Of a stretch of 64,000 nucleotides of DNA, positions 17,101-24,552 are shown in pieces (the stretch's first letter is position 1; every line of letters begins with the position of its first letter). A program made the position numbers and the translations under genes. The notes beneath the pieces were generated by a model, which had not been told where the DNA came from, did no database searches, and worked only from the letters and a program-made list of their open reading frames with translations. The stretch covers positions 129 to 64,128 of the forward strand of contig JAWVZU010000001.1 in assembly GCA_033722075.1 (NCBI GenBank). Direction: 5' to 3'. The stretch comes from Lysobacterales bacterium. GTDB lineage: Bacteria > Pseudomonadota > Gammaproteobacteria > Xanthomonadales > SZUA-38.

Positions 17101-18503
17101 CAGGTGCCGCGATCGCCATTGCCCGGGAACTGTTCGAGACCCTGGGCGGATTCGACACCCGCTACGCGCCGGCCTACTACGAAGATACGGATCTCGCGTT
17201 TGCGGTGAGAAAGCACGGCCTCCGCGTCTACTACCAGCCGGCCGCCGTGGTCACCCACTTCGAGGGGATCACCTCGGGGACGGACACGAGCAGCGGAATC
17301 AAGCGCTACCAGGTCGTCAACCAGGAGAAGTTCCAGGAAAAATGGGCGGCCGAACTCAAACGTCAACCCACCTCCGGCACGCCCATCGGCCGCGCCCGCG
17401 AGCACGGGCGACCGCGGCGCGCTCTGATCATCGATGCCTACACGCCGGAACCGGACCAGGATTCCGGCTCGGTCCGCCTGACCAACCTGATGCAGCTGTT
17501 CCGCGAGCTCGGTTATCAGGTGACCTTCTGTCCGGACAACCGGGCCTACGTGGCGGGCTACACCGACGCGCTGACCCAGGCGGGCGTCGAGGTCTACCAC
17601 CATCCCTGGACGGATGGCGGCACCCGGATGTTCGAGGAGATCGGCGCGGAGCTGGACGTGGTGCTCATCTGCCGCCATTACATCGCGGCCAACTACATCA
17701 GGCGGGTGCGAGCCCATTGCCCCAGGGCCCGGCTGATCTTCGATACCGTCGATCTCCACTACCTGCGAGAACAGCGGCTGGCCGACCTGGAGGGCGACGA
17801 GAAACTGCGGGAAACGGCCGAGGAGACCCGTCGCGCGGAACTTGCCGTCGCCCGGCAGTCTGACCTGACGCTGGTGGTGAGCCCAGCCGAAGTCGAAGTG
17901 TTGGCCCAGGACGCCCCGGATGTCCGGGTCGGCGTCCTTTCCAATATTCACCCGGTGCATGGGCGACGCGCCGACTTCGAAGCACGGAAAGACCTCATGT
18001 TCGTCGGCGGCTATCAGCATCCGCCCAACATCGACGCAGTGCAGTGGTTCGTGGAGAAAATCTTCCCGGCCATCCGCGCGGAACTGCCGGAGATCCGTTT
18101 TCACATCATCGGCAGCAAGGCGCCGCCGGAGGTGCGCCGGTTGGGCCGGGCGGAAGGGGTCGAGTTCCACGGCTTCGTCAAGGACATCGAGCCCTTCTTC
18201 GACGGTTGCCGCTTGGCCGTTGCGCCGCTGCGCTACGGGGCCGGGGTCAAGGGCAAGGTCAACAGTTCCATGAGCTATGGCCAGCCCGTCATCGCTACCC
18301 CGACGGCGGTCGAGGGCATGGGGGTGACCAGCGGCGACGAGGTGCTCGTGGCGGAGACCGCGGAAGCATTCGCCGCGGCCGTCCTCCGGGCCTACAACGA
18401 TCCGGAACTCTGGCTCAGGCTCTCCGAAGGCGGATTGCAGAACGTGGAGGCGAACTTCTCCTTCGCCGCAGCCCGCGGCGCGCTGGAAAGACTGCTGCGT
18501 TGA
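14187..18503 (+). CDS. Giant multidomain glycosyltransferase. Order: unknown N-terminal region, GT-B (group 1), coiled coil, GT-A (family 2), GT-B (group 1).
   Basis: 1438-aa ORF with a TTG start. GT-B #1 spans about aa 200-560 (ETFSYTLSEFWSLGVPVLAARVGAL). A heptad-rich coiled coil spans about aa 610-725 and ends in SRSWKLTKPLR. GT2 spans about aa 814-1035 (VSVIIPVHNH..., VVIVDDASTD, YYEDTDLAF). GT-B #2 spans about aa 1078-1438 (APLRYGAGVKGKVNSSMSYGQPVIATP). Confidence 0.85.
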   Translation: MSGIAREAPLLCVWGGEPPPSLAESGKLEVLQAPAELGPLDALRWAFEQSGARGVVLAGARATIPSHWWDRLSGAERLDTTADAVTALDPSVPELNPARERTSDAAIYLLSDRSFFPQRAASPNLSWWLRRPERLDEAKNWAELVSGRARILTCDHCLVDVAEIAGTGGTALDPLRRRIQSLPAGTAAGISGYPGVDGLPVCLHILHSWGGGVARWVADYAAATGDRHHLALIAVGDEMGEDCGRQLALCAGGATEDRAIVRWPLTQSLRATEVHHPEYEAVLTQLIRDFSVGQLIISSLIGHSLDALDAGLPTLVVMHDYYPAWPRLDINFEADEGPFTTDRLAEEPPTQRLKDLTPEHWENVADAYRQALHKPRVKLVAPDESIAANLKRLDPAYGELNVRVIPHGHRSLDATYRYQPRDMIDRLRIVVPGRISPNKGKQLLLDALPRLRDHADLYLLGSGSDGEDFFGLSGVHVLLDYDRNDLPELLQAIQPDLALLPSLTSETFSYTLSEFWSLGVPVLAARVGALANRIEPDETGWLFEPQPDPMVAAIEALGPEELAHVAEKVRTITLPDLGDMGAAYDRLQAPLDPAPYSPKLFDPDRLRNIEAATELLRLSDEAQRQRAAIRDLRKELQTRGEWGFELDRRLARRTAWAKSLEADLEKARARVEAQDSELAERTEWALKLDAELNDLRREAQEKLDEAWEEIGRLRAVEEHYEQIIASRSWKLTKPLRFAARLTRRALGIATGRGGKVVHLGRRTRQSLRVRGVRGTARRIGQEFRGKSAPVLKPPSARLTEQFDPLEFPTVEQPQVSVIIPVHNHFEHTYACLQSLLETSNEASFEVVIVDDASTDRTGELLPRISGIQTLVNEENLGFIGTCNRGAAHARGDHLVFLNNDTAVSDGWLDALLGTFESHPDAGLVGARLVYPDGRLQEAGGIVFSDGSGWNYGRFEDPSHPAYNFVREADYCSGAAIAIARELFETLGGFDTRYAPAYYEDTDLAFAVRKHGLRVYYQPAAVVTHFEGITSGTDTSSGIKRYQVVNQEKFQEKWAAELKRQPTSGTPIGRAREHGRPRRALIIDAYTPEPDQDSGSVRLTNLMQLFRELGYQVTFCPDNRAYVAGYTDALTQAGVEVYHHPWTDGGTRMFEEIGAELDVVLICRHYIAANYIRRVRAHCPRARLIFDTVDLHYLREQRLADLEGDEKLRETAEETRRAELAVARQSDLTLVVSPAEVEVLAQDAPDVRVGVLSNIHPVHGRRADFEARKDLMFVGGYQHPPNIDAVQWFVEKIFPAIRAELPEIRFHIIGSKAPPEVRRLGRAEGVEFHGFVKDIEPFFDGCRLAVAPLRYGAGVKGKVNSSMSYGQPVIATPTAVEGMGVTSGDEVLVAETAEAFAAAVLRAYNDPELWLRLSEGGLQNVEANFSFAAARGALERLLR

Positions 18504-19238
18504 TCAGTCGCTCAGCACCGCCAGGATCTCAAGGGCCTCGCCGGTACCCTGCTCCACCGTGCTGACGACCATTTCCATGGTGATCTCTTCTTCGGGCTGC
18601 TCGCCGAATCCTGCCGCCCAGTTCGCGATCACGCACAGGCTCGCGTAGCGCAGCCCCAGTTCCCGGGCCAGAACCGCCTCCGGCATGCCGGTCATGCCGA
18701 CCAGGTGGCAGCCGTCCTGACCCATGCGCCGGACTTCTGCAGCGGTTTCGAGGCGAGGCCCCTGGGTAATGCCCAGGACGACCGAGGCCGCCTCGAATCC
18801 ACCGGCGGCCAGCAATGACGCGTGCAACGCCGGGTCATAAGGCTCGGTGAAGTCGACGTGCATGGGAATGTCCGGCAGTTCGCCGAAGTAGGTCCCCTCG
18901 CGCCCCCAGGTATAGTCGATCAGCTGATCCGGCACCGCCAGCGACCCCGGAGGAAACCGTTCGTCCAGGCTCCCGACCGCATTGATCGCGACCAGCTGCC
19001 GGGGAGCCAGCTGGGCCAGCGCCCAGACATTGGCCCGATAGTTGATCTGGTGCGGGTAGAGACCATGCCCGGCCCCATGCCGGGCCAGGAACGCGACATC
19101 GCGGCCGCGCCATCGGCCCCGCACGATCGGCGAGGACAGTTCACCAAAAGGGGTCTCGGGCCGCTCTTCCCATGCCTGTTGGAGCTCGCCGAAGCGATAC
19201 AGCCCGGTGCCGCCGATGACCGCCAGGTCGATACTCAT
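18504..19238 (-). CDS. mtnP: 5'-methylthioadenosine/S-methyl-5'-thioinosine phosphorylase
   Basis: 244 aa. AVIGGTGLY, the PNP/MTAP family layout, and VGMTGMPEAVLARELG. It is adjacent to hpt and near nagZ, an arrangement I recall from Pseudomonas-type genomes. Confidence 0.85.
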   Translation of the reverse strand: MSIDLAVIGGTGLYRFGELQQAWEERPETPFGELSSPIVRGRWRGRDVAFLARHGAGHGLYPHQINYRANVWALAQLAPRQLVAINAVGSLDERFPPGSLAVPDQLIDYTWGREGTYFGELPDIPMHVDFTEPYDPALHASLLAAGGFEAASVVLGITQGPRLETAAEVRRMGQDGCHLVGMTGMPEAVLARELGLRYASLCVIANWAAGFGEQPEEEITMEMVVSTVEQGTGEALEILAVLSD

Positions 19239-19771
19239 GGATCGATGGCGTAGATGGCCGGCAGGTGGCGGAAGTCGTCCTTGTAGTCCATCCCGCAGCC
19301 GAACAGGTACCGGTCCTCCACCTCCAGGCCGACGAAATCCGCATGGATGCCCGGAACCCGGCGATCATGCCGCTTGGCCACCAGCACCGCCGAGCGGACC
19401 GACGCCGCGCCATGCTCCTCGCAGTAGCGGATGATCGCTCCCAGGGTCGGGCCCTCGTCCAGGATGTCGTCCACGATGAGCAGGTTGCGATCCGCCAGCT
19501 CATGTTGCGGACGGTGAATCCAGTGCAGTTCGTCGCCACCCCGGGTGGCCCCGCGATAACGACTGACATGCAGGTAGTCCAGCTGGACCGGCATGTTCAG
19601 CCGCACCGCAAGGTGGGCGGCGGCGATCATTCCGCCGTTCATTACCGTCAGCAGGAGCAGCGGCTCCTCTCCATACTGGCCATTGATCTCCGCGGCCATG
19701 CGGTCATAGGCAGCCTCGACCTCGGCGGCCGAAACGACCAGTTCGGCCGAATCAGGAAGTTGCAGGGGCAT
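19235..19771 (-). CDS. Hypoxanthine-guanine phosphoribosyltransferase-like protein
   Basis: Start re-picked at MPLQLPDSAELV. LLIVDDILDEGPTL is the PRPP-binding motif. 4-nt overlap with the downstream phosphorylase gene. Confidence 0.85.
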   Translation of the reverse strand: MPLQLPDSAELVVSAAEVEAAYDRMAAEINGQYGEEPLLLLTVMNGGMIAAAHLAVRLNMPVQLDYLHVSRYRGATRGGDELHWIHRPQHELADRNLLIVDDILDEGPTLGAIIRYCEEHGAASVRSAVLVAKRHDRRVPGIHADFVGLEVEDRYLFGCGMDYKDDFRHLPAIYAIDP

Positions 19772-20918
19772 CGGCGCTGCTCCGGTTGGTTTCTGCTTCC
19801 TCGCTGTCGTCGACCAGTCCCGCGAACTGGGGTGGAACGGACTCGACGTGCAGGCTGGAGGTGGGGAAGGCGATCTCGGCTCCGTGCTCACGGATGATCT
19901 GCTCGATCCGGAGCAGCACATCCTGTTTCACTTCGTGATACTTCACCCAGTTGGTCGTCCGGGTAAAGGTATAGACGAAGAAGTCCATAGAAGATGGCGC
20001 AAAGGCGTCGAAGTTGACGATCATGGTCTGGGTCTGGTCGATCTCTTCGTGATTCTGCAACATGTCCTTTACGCTCTCCACGATCTTGCCGACCCGAGTG
20101 GCGTCCTCGTAGCGGACACCGATGGTCTCGTAGATTCGCCGGTGAGTCATGCGCGACGGGTTTTCCACGGCAATCGTGGTGAAGGTCGCGTTCGGAACAT
20201 AGATCGGGCGCTTGTCGAACTTGCGAATCGTGGTCTGACGCCAGCCGATGTTCTCAACCGTACCCTCTATGGTCCGGTCCGGCGAGCGAATCCAGTCGCC
20301 CACCTTGAAGGGCCGATCCAGGTACACGGTCAGACCGCCGAAAAAGTTCGCCAGCAGGTCCTTGGCCGCCAGGCCGACCGCCAGGCCCCCGATGCCACCG
20401 AAGGCGAGCACACCGGAAATACTGACCCCCAGCTCCTGCAGGATCACCAGGGCGGAGGTGATGAGCAGCGAGATGCGCACCAGCTTGGACAGGGCATCCA
20501 CGGTGGTCTCGTCCGGAACGTCCTCGCGCCGGCGGCTCATCTCGAGAAAATTGGCCTCGACGCCGCGGGCGAGCCGAAGCAGGAACCATGTCGCCGAGAC
20601 GATGAGCCCGATCTGCCACGCCTTGGTCACGTACTCGAGCATGGACCGGTCCTGCGTTCCCTGCCGGAACACCACCTCCGCGGCGAGCGTGATGCCGAAC
20701 ACCCAGATCAACAGGCTGATCGGTTTCACCAGGGCGTGATACACGGCATCGTCCCAGAGGTTTTCCGTTTCCGAGACCCGGCGTTCCAGGCGCGCGAGGA
20801 TCTTGCGCTGCACGAAGTCGATGATCAGGCTGCCGAGAACGATGGAAAACGCCAGCAGCAGCCAGTTGTTGGAACCCAGGAAATCGGCCAGGGTCTCGAT
20901 CAGGTTGCCGGTATTCAT
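19752..20918 (-). CDS. MscS-family mechanosensitive channel
   Basis: Start re-picked at MNTGNLIETLADFL. TM helices are followed by FKVGDWIRSPDRTIEGTVENIGWRQTTIRKFDKRPIYVPN, the MscS beta-domain signature. Confidence 0.88.
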   Translation of the reverse strand: MNTGNLIETLADFLGSNNWLLLAFSIVLGSLIIDFVQRKILARLERRVSETENLWDDAVYHALVKPISLLIWVFGITLAAEVVFRQGTQDRSMLEYVTKAWQIGLIVSATWFLLRLARGVEANFLEMSRRREDVPDETTVDALSKLVRISLLITSALVILQELGVSISGVLAFGGIGGLAVGLAAKDLLANFFGGLTVYLDRPFKVGDWIRSPDRTIEGTVENIGWRQTTIRKFDKRPIYVPNATFTTIAVENPSRMTHRRIYETIGVRYEDATRVGKIVESVKDMLQNHEEIDQTQTMIVNFDAFAPSSMDFFVYTFTRTTNWVKYHEVKQDVLLRIEQIIREHGAEIAFPTSSLHVESVPPQFAGLVDDSEEAETNRSSADAPATS

Positions 20919-20988
20919 GGAATCAGAAGTGAATTCGGTCAATGCGTCGGGCCGGGCATTGTCGCGGATACGTGGACCAACGGCAACG

Positions 20989-21990
20989 TCAGACCAGGGC
21001 GGCCAGGCGTTCCCGCAATTCCTGGTGCGCATCGTCGATGGAAACCGAGCCCCAGTCCGGGTGCTCGCCTGCCCGGATCAGGGCCCGCCGGTCCTCACCG
21101 GGCTGCGGCCACTGACGCACTTCGCCGAACACCCGGGCCACGTCGTCGGGCCGACAGACCAGGACGAGATCGCATCCGGCCTCGAGGGCACAGGTCAGGC
21201 GATCTTCGAAGCCGCCGACGTCACACGCCGCGGCCATGCCAAGATCGTCGCTGATGACCACCCCCTCGAACCCGATCCGCTTGCGCAGGATGTCCTGGAT
21301 CCATACCCGGGAATAGCCCGCCGGGCGCTCGTCGATCTCCGGATAGACGACATGGGCCATCATCACCGCATCCAGGCCTTCCTGGATCGCCACCGTAAAC
21401 GGCCGCAGGTCGGTGATCGCCAGTTCGTCGAACGGTCGCGGGTCGACGGCATGCTCGAGGTGGGTATCCTGTTCCACCGATCCGTGACCGGGGAAGTGCT
21501 TGGCGCAGGCGGCCATCCCGGCATCGTGCATGCCCTTGATGTAGGTCCGGCCCAGCGCCTTCACGACCAGCGGGTCGGCATGGAATGCCCGGTCGGCGAT
21601 GATGCTCCCCTTTCGGCGCAGGTCCAGGACCGGCGCCAGGCTGAGATCCGCGCCGATGGCCAGCACTTCCATGGCCATCAACTTGCCGTGGACGAAGGCG
21701 ACATCCATGGCCAGGTCCTCGTCATCGTCGTAAACGGCGCCGATGGCACCGAGCGGCGGCAACACCGTGAGCGGCTCGCCGATTCGCTGCACGCGCCCGC
21801 CCTCCTGGTCAATCAGGATGACCGCATCGCGATCGACTTCACGTATGGCATCGCACAACCGGCGGACCTGGTCCACCGAATGAAAATTCCGGGAAAACAG
21901 GATGGCGCCACCGACCTCATCCCGGGCCAGCCAGCGGCGCTCTTCATCGGTCAGTTCCGGACCCGCCAGCCCGATGACCAGGTAGCTCAC
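20989..21990 (-). CDS. nagZ: Beta-N-acetylhexosaminidase (GH3)
   Basis: 333 aa. IDQEGGRVQR, KHFPGHG and ISDDLGM are GH3/NagZ motifs. Confidence 0.92.
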   Translation of the reverse strand: MSYLVIGLAGPELTDEERRWLARDEVGGAILFSRNFHSVDQVRRLCDAIREVDRDAVILIDQEGGRVQRIGEPLTVLPPLGAIGAVYDDDEDLAMDVAFVHGKLMAMEVLAIGADLSLAPVLDLRRKGSIIADRAFHADPLVVKALGRTYIKGMHDAGMAACAKHFPGHGSVEQDTHLEHAVDPRPFDELAITDLRPFTVAIQEGLDAVMMAHVVYPEIDERPAGYSRVWIQDILRKRIGFEGVVISDDLGMAAACDVGGFEDRLTCALEAGCDLVLVCRPDDVARVFGEVRQWPQPGEDRRALIRAGEHPDWGSVSIDDAHQELRERLAALV

Positions 21991-22460
21991 CGATCGCTCC
22001 AGTCGCGGTACGGTTCGCGGGCCAACCGAGCGTTGTAATAGCGCTCGTCGTCGGTGACCTCCGTCCCGGCCCAGGCAGGCTTGTCGAATTGCTGGTCGTC
22101 GGCTTCCAGTTCGACCTCGGCCACCATCAGGCCCGCATTGTTTCCTTCGAACTCGTCCACCTCCCAGACCAGTCCATCGTGCTCGACAAGGTGCCGCGTC
22201 TTCTCGATCAGCGACCCGGTCGTCAGGCGTTCCAGGATTTCCTCCGCTTCGTCCAGCGGGATCGGGTATTCATATTCCAGGCGAGTCGTCCCCAGCTCCC
22301 GGCTCTTGATGTTGAGCCTGGCCTCATCGCCCTTGATGCGGACGCGGATCGAGCAATTCTCTCCACCGAGATAGCCCTGTCGCAGGCGTTTGCTTTCGTG
22401 AGCCAGCTCCCGCCAGGAATCTCCACTGACCAGGTACTTTCGTTCGATTTCAATGGGCAT
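21987..22460 (-). CDS. CYTH-domain protein (triphosphate tunnel metalloenzyme)
   Basis: 157 aa. The N-terminal EIERKYLV is the CYTH ExExK signature. ATGA overlap with nagZ. Confidence 0.85.
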   Translation of the reverse strand: MPIEIERKYLVSGDSWRELAHESKRLRQGYLGGENCSIRVRIKGDEARLNIKSRELGTTRLEYEYPIPLDEAEEILERLTTGSLIEKTRHLVEHDGLVWEVDEFEGNNAGLMVAEVELEADDQQFDKPAWAGTEVTDDERYYNARLAREPYRDWSDR

Positions 22461-22512
22461 GGTGCTTCGGTGGTGATCGGCAAACTGCCGATTCTAACCA
22501 ATCTATTCCCGG

Positions 22513-23817
22513 CTAGCGGGTAAAGACGGCGATCGACTCGACATGCCCGGTGTGGGGGAACATGTCCATGACACCGGCTTCCAGGAGCGTGAAACCATGG
22601 GTACGGACCAGTTCGCCGGCGTCCCGCGCGAGGGTGCCGGGGTGGCAGGAAACATAGACCACGCGTTCCGCGCCGGTGTCGGCAATCGCCTGCAGCGCCG
22701 CCGCCGCCCCGCTCCTGGGCGGATCCAGCAGGACCCGGTCGAAGTCGCCGAAGGCATGGTCCTCGGTCAGGTCGGCCACCTGGAACCGGGCGTTCTCGAT
22801 GCCATTGCGGGCCGCGTTGTCGCGGGCCAGCCCGACGAGTTCATCGTCCCCCTCGATCCCGAGCACGCGAGCCGCATGCTTCGCGACCGGCAGAGTGAAA
22901 TTGCCCAGCCCGCAGAACAGGTCGAGGACCGCTGACTCGTCAGACAAGGCGAGCTTGTCTATCGCCAGGTCGACCATCGCCGAGTTGAGCGACGCGTTCA
23001 CCTGAACGAAGTTGGTTGCCGTGAAGCGCAGATCGATTCCCGGCGGAACCTGCGTCGTCAACTCGGGCAGGGTGCCGGTCAGGGGCTCCAGGGAATCGGG
23101 TCCGCCGGGCTGCAGCACGAAGCGAAGACCGGTCCGCTCTTCGAAGCACCGCAAGCGCTCACGGTCCGCCTCACCCAGCGGTTGGAGATGACGCAGGACC
23201 AGGACCGTCTCCCGGTCGCCGGCGGCAATCTCGATCTGGGGAATCTCCCGTTTCGCGTCCAGCTTGTCCAACATCGCACCCAGTTCGGCGATGCGCAGCC
23301 CGACTTGCGGAACCAGCACATGGCACTCCTGGCTGTCGGCCACGAAGCGGCCCTGCTTTTCACGGAACCCGACCAGGACCCGGCCCTTCTTTTCGACGAA
23401 CTTGACGGAAAGCCGGGCGCGGCGCCGGTAGCCCCACGAGCCGGCGGTCAGGTCCGGCAGTACGTGCTCGGGTTCGACGTCGCCGATGCGCCGCAGATTC
23501 TCGAGCAACGTGTTGCGCTTGTGCCGGATCTGGGCAACCGGATCGGCATGCTGCAGCGAGCAGCCTCCGCAGACCCCGGCATGCGGGCAGCGTGGGACGA
23601 CGCGGTACGGTGACGGCTCGAGTACTTCCTCCACCGTGCCCCAGTCGAAGTCCCGGCGACGTCCGCGATATACAAAACGGACACGCTCGCCCGGCAACGC
23701 GCCATCGATGAATACCGCTTTGCCGTCGACCCGGGCCACGCCGCGACCGTCGTGACTCAGATCGTCGACGACGGCCTCGACTGGATCGGCCGGAAGCCGC
23801 TTCTTCCTGCGCCCCAC
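22513..23817 (-). CDS. rlmD: 23S rRNA (uracil1939-C5)-methyltransferase
   Basis: 434 aa. TRAM-like N-terminus, Cys cluster CPHAGVCGGCSLQH, a SAM fold (LDLFCGLGNFTLP), and C-terminal MFPHTGHVE. Confidence 0.9.
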   Translation of the reverse strand: MGRRKKRLPADPVEAVVDDLSHDGRGVARVDGKAVFIDGALPGERVRFVYRGRRRDFDWGTVEEVLEPSPYRVVPRCPHAGVCGGCSLQHADPVAQIRHKRNTLLENLRRIGDVEPEHVLPDLTAGSWGYRRRARLSVKFVEKKGRVLVGFREKQGRFVADSQECHVLVPQVGLRIAELGAMLDKLDAKREIPQIEIAAGDRETVLVLRHLQPLGEADRERLRCFEERTGLRFVLQPGGPDSLEPLTGTLPELTTQVPPGIDLRFTATNFVQVNASLNSAMVDLAIDKLALSDESAVLDLFCGLGNFTLPVAKHAARVLGIEGDDELVGLARDNAARNGIENARFQVADLTEDHAFGDFDRVLLDPPRSGAAAALQAIADTGAERVVYVSCHPGTLARDAGELVRTHGFTLLEAGVMDMFPHTGHVESIAVFTR

Positions 23818-23839
23818 GCGCGTACGACCGAATCAGTCC

Positions 23840-24430
23840 CTATTTCTGGACCCAGGCACCACTGCTGTTCTGGTAATACCAGCCGGAACGGGCATTGGCG
23901 ATCCAGCGGCTGGCGAAGGTGCTGCGGATCTGGTCTTCCCACTCCGGATGGCCGTTGGCCACCGCGATCTCGCGATAGACGGCACGACGATCGCTATTCT
24001 CTTCCGTAACCGCCGCCTTGAGCTGGTTTCGTTCCGCCAGGGGCACCGCACTCAGATCTCGGATCTCCACCATCGCATCATTGGTGAGGCCGACGGCACC
24101 GCTGTTGAAATAGGTGCGCAGGGTGTTCTGGAAACGTTGCTCCATGCGCTGCTGGATCGAACGGATCTGTGGCGTATTGATATCGATGTTCACGTTTTGC
24201 GCATGAGCCGCCGGGAACAACAGGTCCAGCGGATTGAGGCGCTGAATCCAGTGGCTTGCCTGGGGCCGTGCGGCATTGTCCTCGGCCGCAGCTGCATCTT
24301 CAGGGCCAATCACGTTCTCGATGAAGCGGTCGGCGGCCTCCTCGGCTGCGGCTTCCGGGAAATACACGTTGATGGTCACACAGGCGACCAGCGCGGTCAG
24401 TACGGAAAAGGTCAATACGGTTCGGAGCAT
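23840..24430 (-). CDS. YdbL-like (DUF1318) protein with a lipobox and an ~85-aa N-terminal extension
   Basis: Start re-picked at MLRTVLTFSVLTALVAC. The C-terminal half (GAVGLTNDAMVEIRD ... NSDRRAVYREIAVANG ... GWYYQNSSGAWVQK) looks like DUF1318/YdbL. The N-terminal half begins CVTINVYFPEAAAEEAAD. Confidence 0.7.
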   Translation of the reverse strand: MLRTVLTFSVLTALVACVTINVYFPEAAAEEAADRFIENVIGPEDAAAAEDNAARPQASHWIQRLNPLDLLFPAAHAQNVNIDINTPQIRSIQQRMEQRFQNTLRTYFNSGAVGLTNDAMVEIRDLSAVPLAERNQLKAAVTEENSDRRAVYREIAVANGHPEWEDQIRSTFASRWIANARSGWYYQNSSGAWVQK

Positions 24431-24552
24431 CTTCACGGCAGAATCTCCACAAAATAGGCTGGATAGATCATAGCTTGGGGAGGTGACTGTAACCTGAACG
24501 GCGGCGCAGCGCGACCATTGCCAACCCGCCCCCGCAGGCCGCAACATCCAGG

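Noticed and set aside
14046-18170. Three long minus-strand ORFs (14046-15305, 15975-17063, 17100-18170) opposite the giant glycosyltransferase
   Set aside because: The + strand frame carries clear GT-B and GT-A motifs along its whole length. The minus-strand ORFs are featureless shadow ORFs.
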